From positions 14,951,684-15,015,683 of the forward strand of contig NC_057712.1 in NCBI RefSeq assembly GCF_004010195.1: a DNA stretch of 64,000 nucleotides. Direction: 5' to 3'. This DNA comes from Chiloscyllium plagiosum (Eukaryota). The notes beneath the pieces were generated by a model. It had not been told where the DNA came from and did not search any database. It worked only from the letters and a program-made list of their open reading frames with translations. The position numbers were made by a program, and so were the translations under genes. This document shows, piece after piece, positions 9,839 to 22,157 of the stretch; the stretch's first letter is position 1; every line of letters begins with the position of its first letter.

Positions 9839-12727
9839 GAGAGTGGTGCACAGGAGAGGGGTGCACAGGAGAGAGGTGCACAAGACAGGGGTGCACAGCA
9901 GAGGGGTGCTAAGCAGAGGGGTGCACAGCAAAGGGGTGCACAGAGAGGGGTGCACAGGAGAGAGGTGTACAGGAGAGAGGTGCACAGGAGAGAGGTGCAC
10001 AGGAGACAGGTGCACAGGAGAGGGTGCACAGGAGAGGGGTGCACAGGAGCGAGGTGCATAGGAGAGAGGTGCACAGGAGAGAGGTGCACAGGAGAGAGTT
10101 GCACAGGAAGGACATGCACAGGAAAGAGGTGGACAAGAGAGTGGTGCACAGGTGAGAGGTGCACAGGAGACAGGTGCACAGTAGAAGGGTGCACAGGAGA
10201 GGGGTGCATAGGAGAGGGGTGCACAGGAGAGAGGTGCACAGGAGAGAGGTGCATAGGAAAGAGGTGCACAGGAGCGGGGTATGCAGGAGAGGGGTGCACA
10301 GGAGAGGGGTGCACAGGTGGGAGGTGCACAGGAAAGACGTGTACAGGAGCGGGGTGCACAGGAGCGGGGTGCACAGGAGAGGGGTGCACAGGAGAGAGGT
10401 GCACAGGAGAGGGGTGCACAGGAAAGACGTGTACAGGAGCGGGGTGCACAGGAGAGGGGTGCACAGGAGAGAGGTGCACAGGAGAGAGGTGCACAGGAGA
10501 GGGGTGCACAGCAGAGGGGTGCACAAGAGAGAGGTGCACAGGAGACGGGTGCACAGAAAAGGTGAGAACAGGAAAGAGGTGCACAGGAGAAGGGTGCACA
10601 GGAGAGAGGTGCACAGGAGAGGGGTGCACAGGAGAGAGGTGCAAAGGAAGGACATGCATAAGAGGGAGGTGCAGAGAACTGAGGTGCACAGGAGAGGGGT
10701 GCACAGAAAAGGTGTGCACAGGAGCGAGGTGCATAGGAGAGAGGTGCACAGGAGAGAGTTGCACAGGAAGGACATGCACAGGAAAGAGGTGGACAAGAGG
10801 TGGTGCACAGGTGAGAGGTGCACAGGAGACAGGTGCACAGTAGAAGGGTGCACAGGAGAGGGGTGCACAGCAGAGGGGTGCACAGGAGAGAGGTGCACAG
10901 GAGAGAGGTGCACAGGAGAGAGGTGCACAGGAGAGAGGTGCACAGGAGACAGGTGCACAGGAGAGAGGTGCAATGGTGGAGGTGGACAGGAGAGGGGTGC
11001 ACAGGAGAGGGTTGCACTGGAGAGGGGTGCACAGGAGCGAGGTGCACAGGAGAGAGGTGCACAGGAAGGATATGCACAGGAAAGAGGTGGACAGGAGAGA
11101 GGTGCACAGAAAAGGTGTGCACAGGAGCGAGATGCACAGGAGAGAAGTGCACAGGAAGGACATGCACAGGAAAGAGGTGGACAGGACAGAGGTGCACAGG
11201 AGAGCGGTGCACAGGAGAGAGGTGCACAGGAGAGAGGTGCACAGGAGAGGGGTGCACAGGAGAGGGGTGCACAGGAGAGAGGTGCACAGGAGTGATGTGC
11301 ACAGGAGAGGGGTGCACAGGAGAGAGGTGTATAGGATAGAGGTGCACAGGAGTGGGGTGCAGAGAGGTGTATAGGATAGAGGTGCACAGGAGTGGGGTGC
11401 ACAGGAGAGGGGTGCACAGGAGAGGGGTGCACAGGAGAGAGGTGCACAGGAGAGAGGTGCACAGGAGAGGGGTGCACAAGAAGGTGGCGTACAGGAGAGA
11501 GGTACACCGGAGATGGGTGCACAGGAAGGACATGCACAGGAAAGAGGTGGACAAGAGAGTGGTGCACAGGAGAGGGGTGCACAGGAGACAGGTGCACAGG
11601 AGAGGGGGGCACAGGAGAAGGGTGCACAGGAGAGGGGTGCACAGGAGAGAGGTGCAAAGGAAGGACATGCATAAGAGGGAGGTGCAGAGAAGTGAGGTGC
11701 ACAGGAGAGGGGTGCACAGAAAAGGTGTGCACAGGAGCGAGGTGCATAGGAGAGAGGTGCACAGGAGAGAGGTGCAATGGTGGAGGTGGACAGGAGAGGG
11801 GTGCACAGGAGAGGGGTGCACAGGAGNNNNNNNNNNNNNNNNNNNNNNNNNNNNNNNNNNNNNNNNNNNNNNNNNNNNNNNNNNNNNNNNNNNNNNNNNN
11901 NNNNNNNNNNNNNNNNNNNNNNNNNNNNNNNNNNNNNNNNNNNNNNNNNNNNNNNNNNNNNNNNNNNNNNNNNNNNNNNNNNNNNNNNNNNNNNNNNNNN
12001 NNNNNNNNNNNNNNNNNNNNNNNNNNNNTGCACAGGAAGGACATGCACAGGAAAGAGGTGGACAGGACAGAGGTGCACAGGAGAGCGGTGCACAGGAGAG
12101 AGGTGCACAGGAGAGAGTTGCACAGGAAAGAGGTGGACAAGAGAGTGGTGCACAGGTGAGAGGTGCACAGGAGACAGGTGCACAGTAGAGGGGTGCACAG
12201 GAGAGGGGTGCATAGGAGAGAAGTGCACAGGAGAGGGGTGCACAGGTGAGAGGTGCACAGGAAAGAGGTGTACAGGAGCAGGGTGTACAGGAGAGGGGTG
12301 CACAGGAGAGGGGTGCACAGGAGAGAGGTGCACAGGAGAGGGGTGCACAGGAGAGGGGTGCACAGCAGAGAGGTGCACAGGAGAGGGGTTCACAGTGCAG
12401 AGGTGCACAGGAGAGAGGTGCACAGGAGAGGGGTGCACAGGAGAGGGGTGCACAGGAGAGGGGTGCACAGGAGAGAGGTGCACAGGAGAGGGGTGAGCAA
12501 GAGTGAGGTGCACAGGAGAGGGGTGCACAGGAGAGGGGTGCACAGGAGAGGGATGCACAGGAGAGGGTTGCACAGGAGAGGGGTGCACAAGAAAGTGGCG
12601 TACAGGAGAGAAGTGCACCGGAGAGGAGTGCACAGGAGAGTGGTGCACAGGAGAGGGGTGCACAGGAAAGAGGTGCTCAGGAGAGGGGTGCACTGGAGAG
12701 AGGTGCACAGGAGAGGGGTGCACAAGA
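9839..12727. repeat. 15-bp satellite GTGCACAGGAGAG(A/G)G, main array with recurring variant blocks
   Basis: About 2.9 kb of 15-mers including the gap; recurring variant runs such as ggaaggacatgcacaggaaagaggtggaca. Confidence 0.98.
11827..12028. other. Assembly gap (N run) inside the satellite
   Basis: 202 N characters. Confidence 1.
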
Positions 12728-12864
12728 GTGATGCAAGTTAGACGGTTGTGTGCAGACAGGAGAAATGTAGGGAAAAGTCATGCAAGAGGGAAGTGCTTAA
12801 GAAGTAGGTATATATGGATCATCATCATGTTGTAGGCAATTTTGTAATAGGCTATCTCAATTTT

Positions 12865-13145
12865 TGTGCCCTAGCTGTTCACAATATATCAATCAGTTGG
12901 AGATGGGCATCATATGTAATATTTCCAAACTTGTGGATGATGCAAAGCTTAACAGAATTATGCATAATGATAAAGATGTCAAGCATTTTCTGAAGGAATT
13001 GGACGTAACTAATGATTGGGCAATAACGTGGCGTCTGGAATATAATGCGAGAAAATGTGAGGTTACCCACTTTGGTAGGAGAAACAGGTGTGACGTGTAT
13101 CTATTAAACAGCGAGAGGTCGAATAGTGTGGATGTTCAATATTAA
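12865..13145 (+). mobile_element. Old CR1 RT fragment
   Basis: YINQLEMGIICNISKLVDDAKL...YNARKCEVTHFGRRN resembles the CR1 consensus YINDL..SKFADDTK..KCEV.HFG. Confidence 0.8.
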
Positions 13146-14589
13146 ACTCTAATTATGACTTAATCTTGCCTCATTTTTGTTCAGGTAGATATTTTTCCAA
13201 GTAGTGGAGAGAAACTAGGTGGTGCCAGACACAAAAACCAGAGTAGCTTCCTGGCAGCCCCCACTGGGCATCTCCATCTTGGTCAGCAAACTCCATCATC
13301 TCAGGCACGCTCCATGGGCAGCTAAAAGTAAAGTGGGAGGGCGTGAGGGTGGAGGAGTTAACAGCTGTGATGGGCATGTTCTGGAAATCAGTTGCAGGGA
13401 TTAGAGACAGCATGCTGGGGTCCAGGTAATAATTGTGAGTGGGACAACTCAACTTACAATGATGGGAGGCACTAGAGTTGGGAGGGCACGGGGTCCTGTG
13501 AAAGGCGGGTACTTCAACAGTCACTATCACCCCGGCTTCAATGAGGCAACAACACATCACGAAGTTTGGCATAACCAACCAGGTCCTCAGATGGTAAAGT
13601 GCGGATGTGAAAAGTTAAATGAAAAGACTGTCTGGGAATGTCAGAGTCTCAGTGGTCCTGACAAGGAGTGCAAGGCAGAAAAGAAAATGAAAGTGAGATT
13701 GAGAGGCAGAGCCTGCAACCGACTCCATGAAGCAGCACCCGTATCATATTTCATCCTCATCCCAATTGCAATCACACAATCAAGATGAAAAATGGCTGCC
13801 TTCACGTCCAGAGTGGGTGGTATAAGGTGTTTTTTTGCTTCCTCTGAGGAAGTTGGTTCTATTTGTGAGTGATGTGAAATCCTTCAAGGAGTCATTACAT
13901 TAATCATACGCTCATACAGTACAGTTTAAAGATATCTGTTGTCACATGATCACTACCTCAAATATCAATCCTGGCCATGAGTAATCTTGACCATGTCATT
14001 GCAAATTGATCCCTGTAATGGCTGTGGGGCAGATGCAATGTCAGGTAAACAGGAAAAAATTCACTTAATTCTACAATTCACCAACACATTCCAAATCTAG
14101 GAACCGCCTATCTCACGACTTGGATCATACAAATGTTACATCTTTATCTTATCTGCAATGTTGCCTTTCTTGGGTATTGTGAGTGGGGGCGGGAGTGCAA
14201 AGAGGGATGGGGGTGGGGGGGTGTGTGTGGACGGAGAAGGTCTCATTTTTTTCTCCAACAATTACAATCTCCCTCTGTACATGTGCCACATTGCTGATGT
14301 AGAATACATCTGAATCAAGTTTGCTCTGTCAAAGGACCGTGTCGACACATCTGATGGTCCTCCTTGTCGGAGGTCCCCATGTCCCGGTGTTTTGTGGACA
14401 AAGGGTAATTGTATGTGTTGAGAGTGCTAACTGATCACATTTATGAGGAACTTGTGTCTCTGCACAATGAGCATTCATAGAAATTGATGCATCTGGAAGT
14501 CCAAGGCCAGGCTCGTGTGGACATGTTGCAGCCTTCTGTGTGTTCCCAGACAGAAGTTACCTTATGGTGAAAGTGCAGGAGACCCAAAC

Positions 14590-14900
14590 TTTTTGTCACT
14601 GATGGATTAATCCTCCAAATGAGTGAGAGGCAGTGGTGTCTTGAATAAGCATGTCCTGCTGGGACACTGAAAAACTCTTGACAACTACTGCAACAATGCA
14701 AGGCATCATAGTCTATACACAGGTCATGAGGTTCAGTGCACAGGCAATGTGACATGCTGTAACACTGGGGCAATTGAGGGACTCACAAGAGAAGAGGTTG
14801 CACTGCCTCCACCATTCGGGGGTTTGTTGCAGTATTTTACAGACAATGGGCACTCCATAATGCTTGGATTCTTTGCTCTGGACAAGTGGAATATTCAACA
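14590..14900 (+). mobile_element. PIF/Harbinger transposase fossil
   Basis: Degraded, frameshifted motifs in the expected order: LQMSERQWC, QGIIVYTQV (consensus QG.IDCTHV), KRLHCLHHSG/LQY...IMLGFFALD (consensus KMRFRCLDRSGGALQY...CCALHN). Confidence 0.6.
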
Positions 14901-15081
14901 AGGATATCTAGTGAACGGTGCGGATCTGTGAGAGGTAAAGCATTACATCACATAAGGAAATGAGAGCATTCATCAGCAGAAGTATCACCGCCAGTACCTC
15001 GCAGCACAGTGTTGTTGCCACTCAGTAAGCAGCATTCAATGGCACTGACTTGGGTGCATTGACTGTAAAATGTTTTGAGCA

Positions 15082-16200
15082 GGCAGTGGTTCTAGTGGCA
15101 TTGTATTGGTTCGATAATCCAGAGACACAGGTAATGTTCTAGGTGCCGTGGGTTTGAATCCCAAATACGGCAGATGGAGGAATATAAATCCAACAAAAAT
15201 CTGCAATTTAAAAAACGTCTAGTGAGGTCTATGAAACCAGTGTTATCATTATTAAAACACATCCAGTTAACTAATGCCACTGAGGGAAGGTGACTGTTAT
15301 CCTTACTTGGTCTAGAATAGAATCCCTATCAGGTGGGAACAAGCCAGTTGGCCCAACAAATCCACACGAACTCTCCAAAGAGTATCCCACCCGCTCCTCT
15401 ACCTAATACTTTACATTCCCCATGACTAATGCACCTAACCTACACATCCATGAACACTATGGGTAATATGCCATTGCCAATTCACCTAACGTACACATTT
15501 TTGGATTATAGGAGGAAACCCATGCAGACACAGGGAAATTGTACAAACTCTACTCGAATGGTTGCCTGAAGCTGGAATTGAACCTGGGTCCTTGGCCCTG
15601 TGAGGCAGCAGTGCTAACCACTGAGCCACTGTGCCACTCTGAGCTTCAATGTGGTTGACTCGAAATTATCCTCTGAAATGGGCTAGGAAACCATTCATTT
15701 ATATGAACAACTAGAAAGACTAAAGAAAAGAATGCAACTAGATGGACCCTGGCATCAACTCGAGCACTGAAAACAATAGTGTAACGGTGTCAAACAAAAC
15801 CCTGTCGATTCCATCAAGTACTCTTTACTAACATCTGGGCACAGTGCTAAAATTGGGAGTGCTATCTCACAGGCCAGTCAAGCAACAGCCTGATATAAAC
15901 ATGCCCATGGAAACATATCTTACAGGACAATGGCCTAGATACTACCATCACCATCCCTGACTCTGGCTTATTGCACTACTGATTATAATGCAGTTCCCAC
16001 CCTTGGCTGATGAATCAATACTCCTCGATGTTGATCAACACTTGAAGAAAGCACTGAAGTTGACAAGGGTTGGGGGACTCAATGTCCATGATCCATCGCT
16101 GCTTGGCAGCACCACCTCTAACTGAGCTAGTCGAGTCCGCAGGGACACGGACTGAGTCTGCAGCTGGTGGTGAAGCAACTTGCAACATTTGACCTGGTGC
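15082..16200 (+). mobile_element. 5' end of a LINE: tRNA-like head followed by degraded APE domain (interrupted by an HE1 SINE)
   Basis: Head matches the SINE at 977. After the HE1 it continues to FTNIW/LKLGVLSHRPVKQQPDI...ETYLT..TITIP and PPLADESILLDVDQHL...GGLNVH..LGSTT. Confidence 0.7.
15313..15637 (-). mobile_element. HE1-type V-SINE
   Basis: Reverse complement of gtggcacagtggctcagtggttagcactgctgcctcaca plus V-domain and CR1-like tail. Confidence 0.9.
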
Positions 16201-16208
16201 ATATCTGG

Positions 16209-16332
16209 GAGAAAGTGAGGACTGCAGATGGTGGAGATCAGAATTGAGAGGGCTTATGCCCGTAATGTTGATTATCCTGCTCCTCGGATGCTGCCTGACC
16301 TGCTGTGCTTTTCCAGCGCCACACTTTCGACT
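16209..16332. mobile_element. Penelope-derived short element with decayed hammerhead
   Basis: TSD ctggtgcatatctgg (16194-16208) / ctggtgcacacctgg (16333-16347); internal gagggcttatgcccgtaatgttgatt. Confidence 0.7.
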
Positions 16333-17341
16333 CTGGTGCACACCTGGACTTCAAATACGGTGTTGGCAACTTAAAACTGAGAAGTCTTGGAAGTAGTGAG
16401 CAATTCCACCCATTGGATATCACAAGACCATGCAAAAGCAGTGCCATAGAAGCATGGTGTTTATATAATGAAGTGAAAAGCATAAAATTCAACTGACTTC
16501 TACCAGGAAAAAGGATTGGTTGTTATTGAATCTATCCAATGCATCCCAAGTAGTTAGCTGCACCTAGTACCTACCATTACAATATCCTGCCACAGAGTGG
16601 TGTGCTGAGTATGGCCTACCATACAGCAGGGAAAATTACAGATGAAAGAAAATGAAGGCACTCATATCTTTGGATGAGGAGAACATTGTAGAGGTGAGTA
16701 GCATACAGGGTTAACTCTGACTATGTGACATGTTAATGAAACAGTCTATATCATGACAGGAAGTGATGTATTATCACATGATGTTGCTCATGTCAAAGTG
16801 AAGCAACTCTAATACAGTTCTTTAAAAACATGTTATTGCTACCCTCACTTCAACCAATTCTTTGGCTGGTCAGCAAGTTAAGAACATTAGAAATCCAAGA
16901 AGAGAAGAAGGAGGAGGAATGTGAAAATGGGGAGCCTATCACCAGCATAGCCACACTCATTGCTGCTAATATCCTTTAGAAGTTTCAATTAATGATAACA
17001 ACTGACACAAGTAAAAATGAAAGCCACCATCAAAAACAACATCCTTCTACCCTGCAGCACACTGTCACTTCCATCCCACACTAAATAATTCTTTAATCAG
17101 AATTCATCAATTACAAACTTATCCCATGTATCTCAGCTTGCAATTACATTCACCTGGAAGCAAATGAAAAGTTGAGTTAAATAATTGGTAATGGGACACT
17201 ATGTAGAGGTGCAAATGGTGCCAATCAATACCTTTTATCTGGTATTATAAAAGAAGGAAACTTAACGATATAACATTCTGTTGAACACACTTTTGTATCT
17301 TGGGTGCTTGTAAACTTTAACTTAGGCTTTTCTACCAGTTC

Positions 17342-17372
<31 letters not shown>
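17342..17372. repeat. (TA)n microsatellite
   Basis: Direct reading. Confidence 0.95.
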
Positions 17373-17373
<1 letters not shown>

Positions 17374-17877
17374 CATGTGGTTTCAACAGAAACAGAAACA
17401 GACTGCTGAGATCCCTGCCCTAGCTGCTGCAGTGCTTCTGATCGAGAGTCCCTGCAGATTGGAGCTTCTAAATGACCATGTCAAATATTGCTTCACTCAC
17501 TCCCTTGGTGGAGGAGTCTGTGCCATTAGGACATAGTACAGCATGATAGGTCACCTAGAGGTGCTTCATGTTCCCTTTTAATAAGTAACCATTGCCCATT
17601 CATAACAGAAATTAGATTAAAAAGCAATTATACTGCAGATTTGAATTCCAATTAAATCAGCAATGTCTTCTTGAATGGCAGAGCAAACTTAAGGGAATAA
17701 ATGATCTATTCCTGCTCCTTGTATGTTTGTATAATAACGTTCCTGAGACATGATACATTGTATGCATCGTACTTCGTAAACCCTAAGCCAACACAAGAGC
17801 ATTGCATAAATTTCCACAGAGGAGTCCCGTCTCTCCATTTATCTGCACCAACAATTAAATTGACTCCTCCTTCTAAT

Positions 17878-18582
17878 ACAGTCATAGAGATGGGCAGCAC
17901 GGAAACAGACCATTCGGTCCAACTCATCCATGCTGACCAGATATCCCAAACTAATCTAGTCCCATTTGCCAGGACTTGGCCCATATCCCTCTAAACCCTT
18001 CCTATTATGTATCCAGATGCCACTTAAATGTTGCAATTCTACTATCCTCTCTGGCAACTCATTCCATACACGCACCACCCTCTGCATGAAAAAGTTGCCC
18101 CTTAGGTATCTTTTATATCTTTCCCCTCTCACCCTAAACCTATGTCCTCTAGTTCTGGACTCTCCCCATCCCAGGGAAAAGACTTTGTCTATTTATCCTG
18201 ACCATGCCCCTCATAATTTATAAGCCTCTGTAAAGTCACCCCTCAGCCCCTGATGTTCCAGGGAAAATAACCCCAGCCTATTTAATCTCTCCCTATAGCT
18301 CAAATCCTCCAACCCTGGCAACATCCTTGTAAGTCTTTTCTAAACCCTTGCAAGTTTCACAACATCTTTCCGATAGGAAGGAGACCAGAATTGCACGCAA
18401 TATTCCAACAGTGGCCTAACCAATGTCCTGTACAGCCGCAACTTGACCTCCCAACTCCTGTACTCAATACTCTGACCAATAAAGGAAAGCATACCAAAGG
18501 CCTTCTTCACTATCTTATCAACCTGAAACTCCACTTTCAAGGAGCTATGAACCTGCACTCCAAGGTCTCTTTGTTCAGCAAC
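17878..18582 (-). mobile_element. CR1/HER1 LINE 3' portion
   Basis: Minus ORF QVHSSLKVEFQVDKIVKKAFGML...LYRTLVRPLLEYCVQFWSPSYRKDV. Confidence 0.93.
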
Positions 18583-19445
18583 ATTTCTCCTCTGCTGTTG
18601 TGGAGTATGTGCATGACTCGCAGTCTGTACCCGACCATTACATTACAATCACTCTTCTTCTCAATGTGACTCTTGAAATTTATCAGAGATTGGAGAGAAT
18701 TGTGATCCCTGACATGGATTTTCCATAACTGGATCTGTCACCAGTGTCTGCTTGTTTCATTTGTGAAATTGTGAGTCACCACAAGAGGGAACGCAACCAA
18801 TACCCCTAAGAGGCCAACTGCATGGCTGAACAGCCCATAGTAGTGGACCCTCTTAGCTTTCATCCTTGTGCATGTTCAACATTTTCATGATGTACAAGTG
18901 AAGGCCCTGGAAAGCAAAAACAGGGTATAGGAACACGTTGCAGCAAAGTAACATTCTTGGTAATGGTCTTATTCATTCTTACAGCCCAATCATTGATGAA
19001 GTTAAGTCAGCTCATGTGTTACCAGCCAACTGACTTTGATAATGCATCTTCAACTGAGACTGGCACTTATATCCCACGCTTCCTTCCCTGTAAGCTGCAC
19101 TGTTGCCCAAATCCATTTCTTACCTTCGTCCTTGTGTTTTGCACTCTCTGCTTCCAGCAATTCATGCGTAACATGAAGGTGTGTCTGATCATACTAACAA
19201 TGACAACTGTGAAATGATGTGTTGAAGCTTTGCATTGTTGTTATCCACTGTGTAAGAAAAGTTTAGAAGTGCAGACTTCCATATCTCACTCCAAGTACAG
19301 ATACAGCAAACCAATTGCTGCAAATATCATGTATCCAGTACATTCCAAGCTCGTAATAGGAAAAATGCAGTATCAACCAATTTTATGACCATGGGTTGTC
19401 GAAGGCCATTCATGAGCACAGGGTTTAATTCCACTCCTTCATTAT

Positions 19446-19624
19446 GTTTTTTTCTTGTTTTTTTTTCTTTTTAAAATATTTTTCTTACCCCCGCACTACC
19501 GCCTAACTGCAGTAGTGCTTATTTTTCCCCAGCACCCATGTCGTGTGTGTGCAGGTGTAGCACACAGTGAAGAACAACAGGTGTTTAAGTCTTTACTTGT
19601 ATTCCACCATCAGGAAGAAAGGAA
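19446..19624 (-). mobile_element. Poly(A)-tailed retroposon 3' end (L1/Tx1-like) with terminal stem-loop
   Basis: Perfect 14-bp TSD cactccttcattat (19432-19445 / 19625-19638); T-rich run equals poly(A) on minus; hairpin gcactaccgc-ctaact-gcagtagtgc. Confidence 0.75.
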
Positions 19625-20277
19625 CACTCCTTCATTATATTGGGCAACTTATTATTAAGTCAAAACCAGCAAACCATTTCCACTCTTTAACATTCCCAAG
19701 AGGATATAGCAATCACAAGGGTTGCATCGCTGGAAACCATGTGGAATGATTATCCCATCCATTCATGTGTGAAATCATACAATTGAATGAATTATAATGT
19801 TCTCCCGTATGCCCAGACGGTGGCAATGATGGCAAAAGTGTCCTGCAGTGATAACAAACTGAACAAAGAATTCTCAATTACTATGTCCCTATTCTCGAGA
19901 GTTCATGTTCTTTTTAAATATATATTGCGCTATCCACTGATTTTACTGGAAATGTAGATGTAAAAGGCTGATTTTCACTTTCTATTTGTAAGTCATTTTC
20001 TATTGAAATTAATGGCCAGAAGAAAATATTTTCAGAAATGCGCTGCACAACATACAGTTTCTGCTGACCTCAATCTCCTTTCTCACTGTGGTTGATGTTG
20101 ATTTGAAAGATAATCATTTGTTTAATTTCAACATTGTGTAATATTGTTATGTGGGTGACATCAGATTATCTGTCAGTCATGCATGTCAATGAAAGTCAGG
20201 AGAAGTTGCATTATGACAGTCGATCCAAGATCACCCATTTCATTTCATTATCCAAAACACAATTATCCCGCATATGT

Positions 20278-20479
20278 AAAAGCTGAAAGAACTGCAGATG
20301 CTATAATTCAGAAATAAAAACAGAAGTTGCAAGAAAAGCTCATCAGGTCTGGCAGCATCTGTGAAGAGAAATCAGAGTTTTGAGGAAGGGTCACCGGACT
20401 AGTATTGGAAACACTGATCTCTCTTCACAGATGCTGCCAGATCTGCTGCGCTTTTTCAGCAACTTCTGTTTTTGTTCCT
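20278..20479. mobile_element. Palindromic Penelope-derived element
   Basis: Inverted arms (aaacagaagttgc..ggtctggcagcatctgtgaagag / ctcttcacagatgctgccaga..gcaacttctgttt); perfect 10-bp TSD ccgcatatgt (20268-20277 / 20480-20489). Confidence 0.8.
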
Positions 20480-21954
20480 CCGCATATGTTGTGGGCTACA
20501 TTTTTGAGTCATCGAGCTTCATTGACATTTAAACTGTAGGAGATGAAATCATTCTACAAAACTGGGAACTGCAAAATACTTGAGTCCAACAATACATGGC
20601 CCCATTTAAAAGTATGCAAACCAGTTTAATAGTTCTATTTAACATATTAGCAGACTTTAAAAATTATATAATCTGCTTACCACCATGTCTACAAACACAA
20701 ACCATAACATGCAAACACTATCCGGGTTACATTTTGCAATTGGCCTAAGTAGTTAGTGATGAATTATGCAAAATTTAAAGAGTAGTGACCACATTGAAGT
20801 AAGATGCAAACTGTTATTAGCAAAGAAAGGGAATTTCTTTGTTCGATTAATCGAATTCCGGATAAGCAAATGCTCGAATTCAATCGATAATCAATTTCAA
20901 CAAAGTCTCATTGAAATCCAGGGTTTGAGTTTGAAAGAGTTAAACATATTACCTCTTCACTAATGATACAGTTAAGCCTGCTACAGAAATCAGTATATCA
21001 AACCTTGCTTTGAAGTGGAGTGTATTTGAATGCAGCTCAAAGATAACACTACAAATATTGCACAAATTTTGGCTAATTTTCATTTTTGAAAATACTTCTG
21101 ATTGATAACATTCTTTAAAATCTCTTGGTCAGATTTCTGCTCATTACTAAGATTCATAAAAACACTCCACTTTTAATTATTTCATTGATATATAAACATG
21201 CATTCTTTTGTGCCACTCAAAGCTGCATTTGACCTTCAGGTGTTTAGTGCTCTCACAGATGAGCTTAATGACTTCATTTTCCATCAAAGAGCAATCTTTA
21301 CAGAAACTGGCCACAAAGACTCAGCTAATTATATTCCAAAGCAAATCTTTCAAAATCACATTTCAAAGAGCAATATCTCCTCAAGCTGGCACAAATTTTA
21401 ATTGCTTGATTAAACATCCTTTGATGTTGTCATGGGTACCATTGTTGTAGATCCAGCAGATCTCATTATTTGGACATGTGTCTTATAATTTCGAGAAAAG
21501 TAATGCCGTCTCCTGACAATTTATTTTAGCCCCATTTTACCTACTAAAATGCATTTATTATTGAAATGAGATACTCAGATAAGAGATGAGCTCTTAGGCT
21601 CTGTTCTATAAACTGTCCTTTCTTTTATATCTTTACTATATAATTCAGAGTTTTACATGGTTCTTTAAAGTTCTACTTTCAATTCTTCTGAACAAACTAA
21701 TGACCACACAATTTTGTGCTTATGCAATTATGAGATCAATGAGAAGTTACATTTAGCTCATGTGTTGTGAGGACTCATTTAAAACCTTCAAAATCTTACC
21801 AAAATCATCATCTTAATTGGTATTTTTATTCTATTGTGAAACACCAAAGGAGTGAACTTCCAAATAGTTCTTCAGCTCTTTCATTATAGCTTTGTTGGAA
21901 AAGTTGTTGCACCATTTTTCCTTGGGTTTCCATATTTCTTCAGACAAAGTTATG

Positions 21955-22130
21955 CAGAAGAACCTTAATTACCCGGCATTCAATTATTCGAATATCGGAT
22001 TATCTGGCATGATCGCAAAGTCCTGATGCTTGGCTAACTATGTTATCCGGCATTGGATTATCTGGAACTCGATTAACCGAACAAAATACTAACCACCAAC
22101 CATGTCCTTCGGGTAATCGAGGTTCCTCTG
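21955..22130. mobile_element. Tc1/mariner (Tigger/pogo-type) MITE
   Basis: TIRs cagaagaaccttaattacccg / cgggtaatcgaggttcctctg, TA on the right flank, internal gattatccg repeats. Confidence 0.8.
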
Positions 22131-22157
22131 TAATGGGGACGCAGTAGTGTCCTTATG

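Noticed and set aside
8184-12727. CRISPR-like array
   Set aside because: Contiguous monomers with no unique spacers, no cas genes, and a vertebrate context.
5409-12727. Common origin of the transposon TIR repeats and the satellite (both 15-bp period)
   Set aside because: Unit sequences (ggcgcagcccgtttt vs gtgcacaggagagag) share little, so the equal period is probably coincidence.
9771-12835. Very long ORFs (up to 962 aa) rich in Cys/His/Arg, superficially like keratin-associated or metallothionein proteins
   Set aside because: They are translations of the 15-bp satellite, open in nearly all frames on both strands and running across an N gap, with no gene structure.
18590-19430. Possible degraded gag-like or other coding relic
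   Set aside because: Multiple stops and no motif I could identify with confidence.
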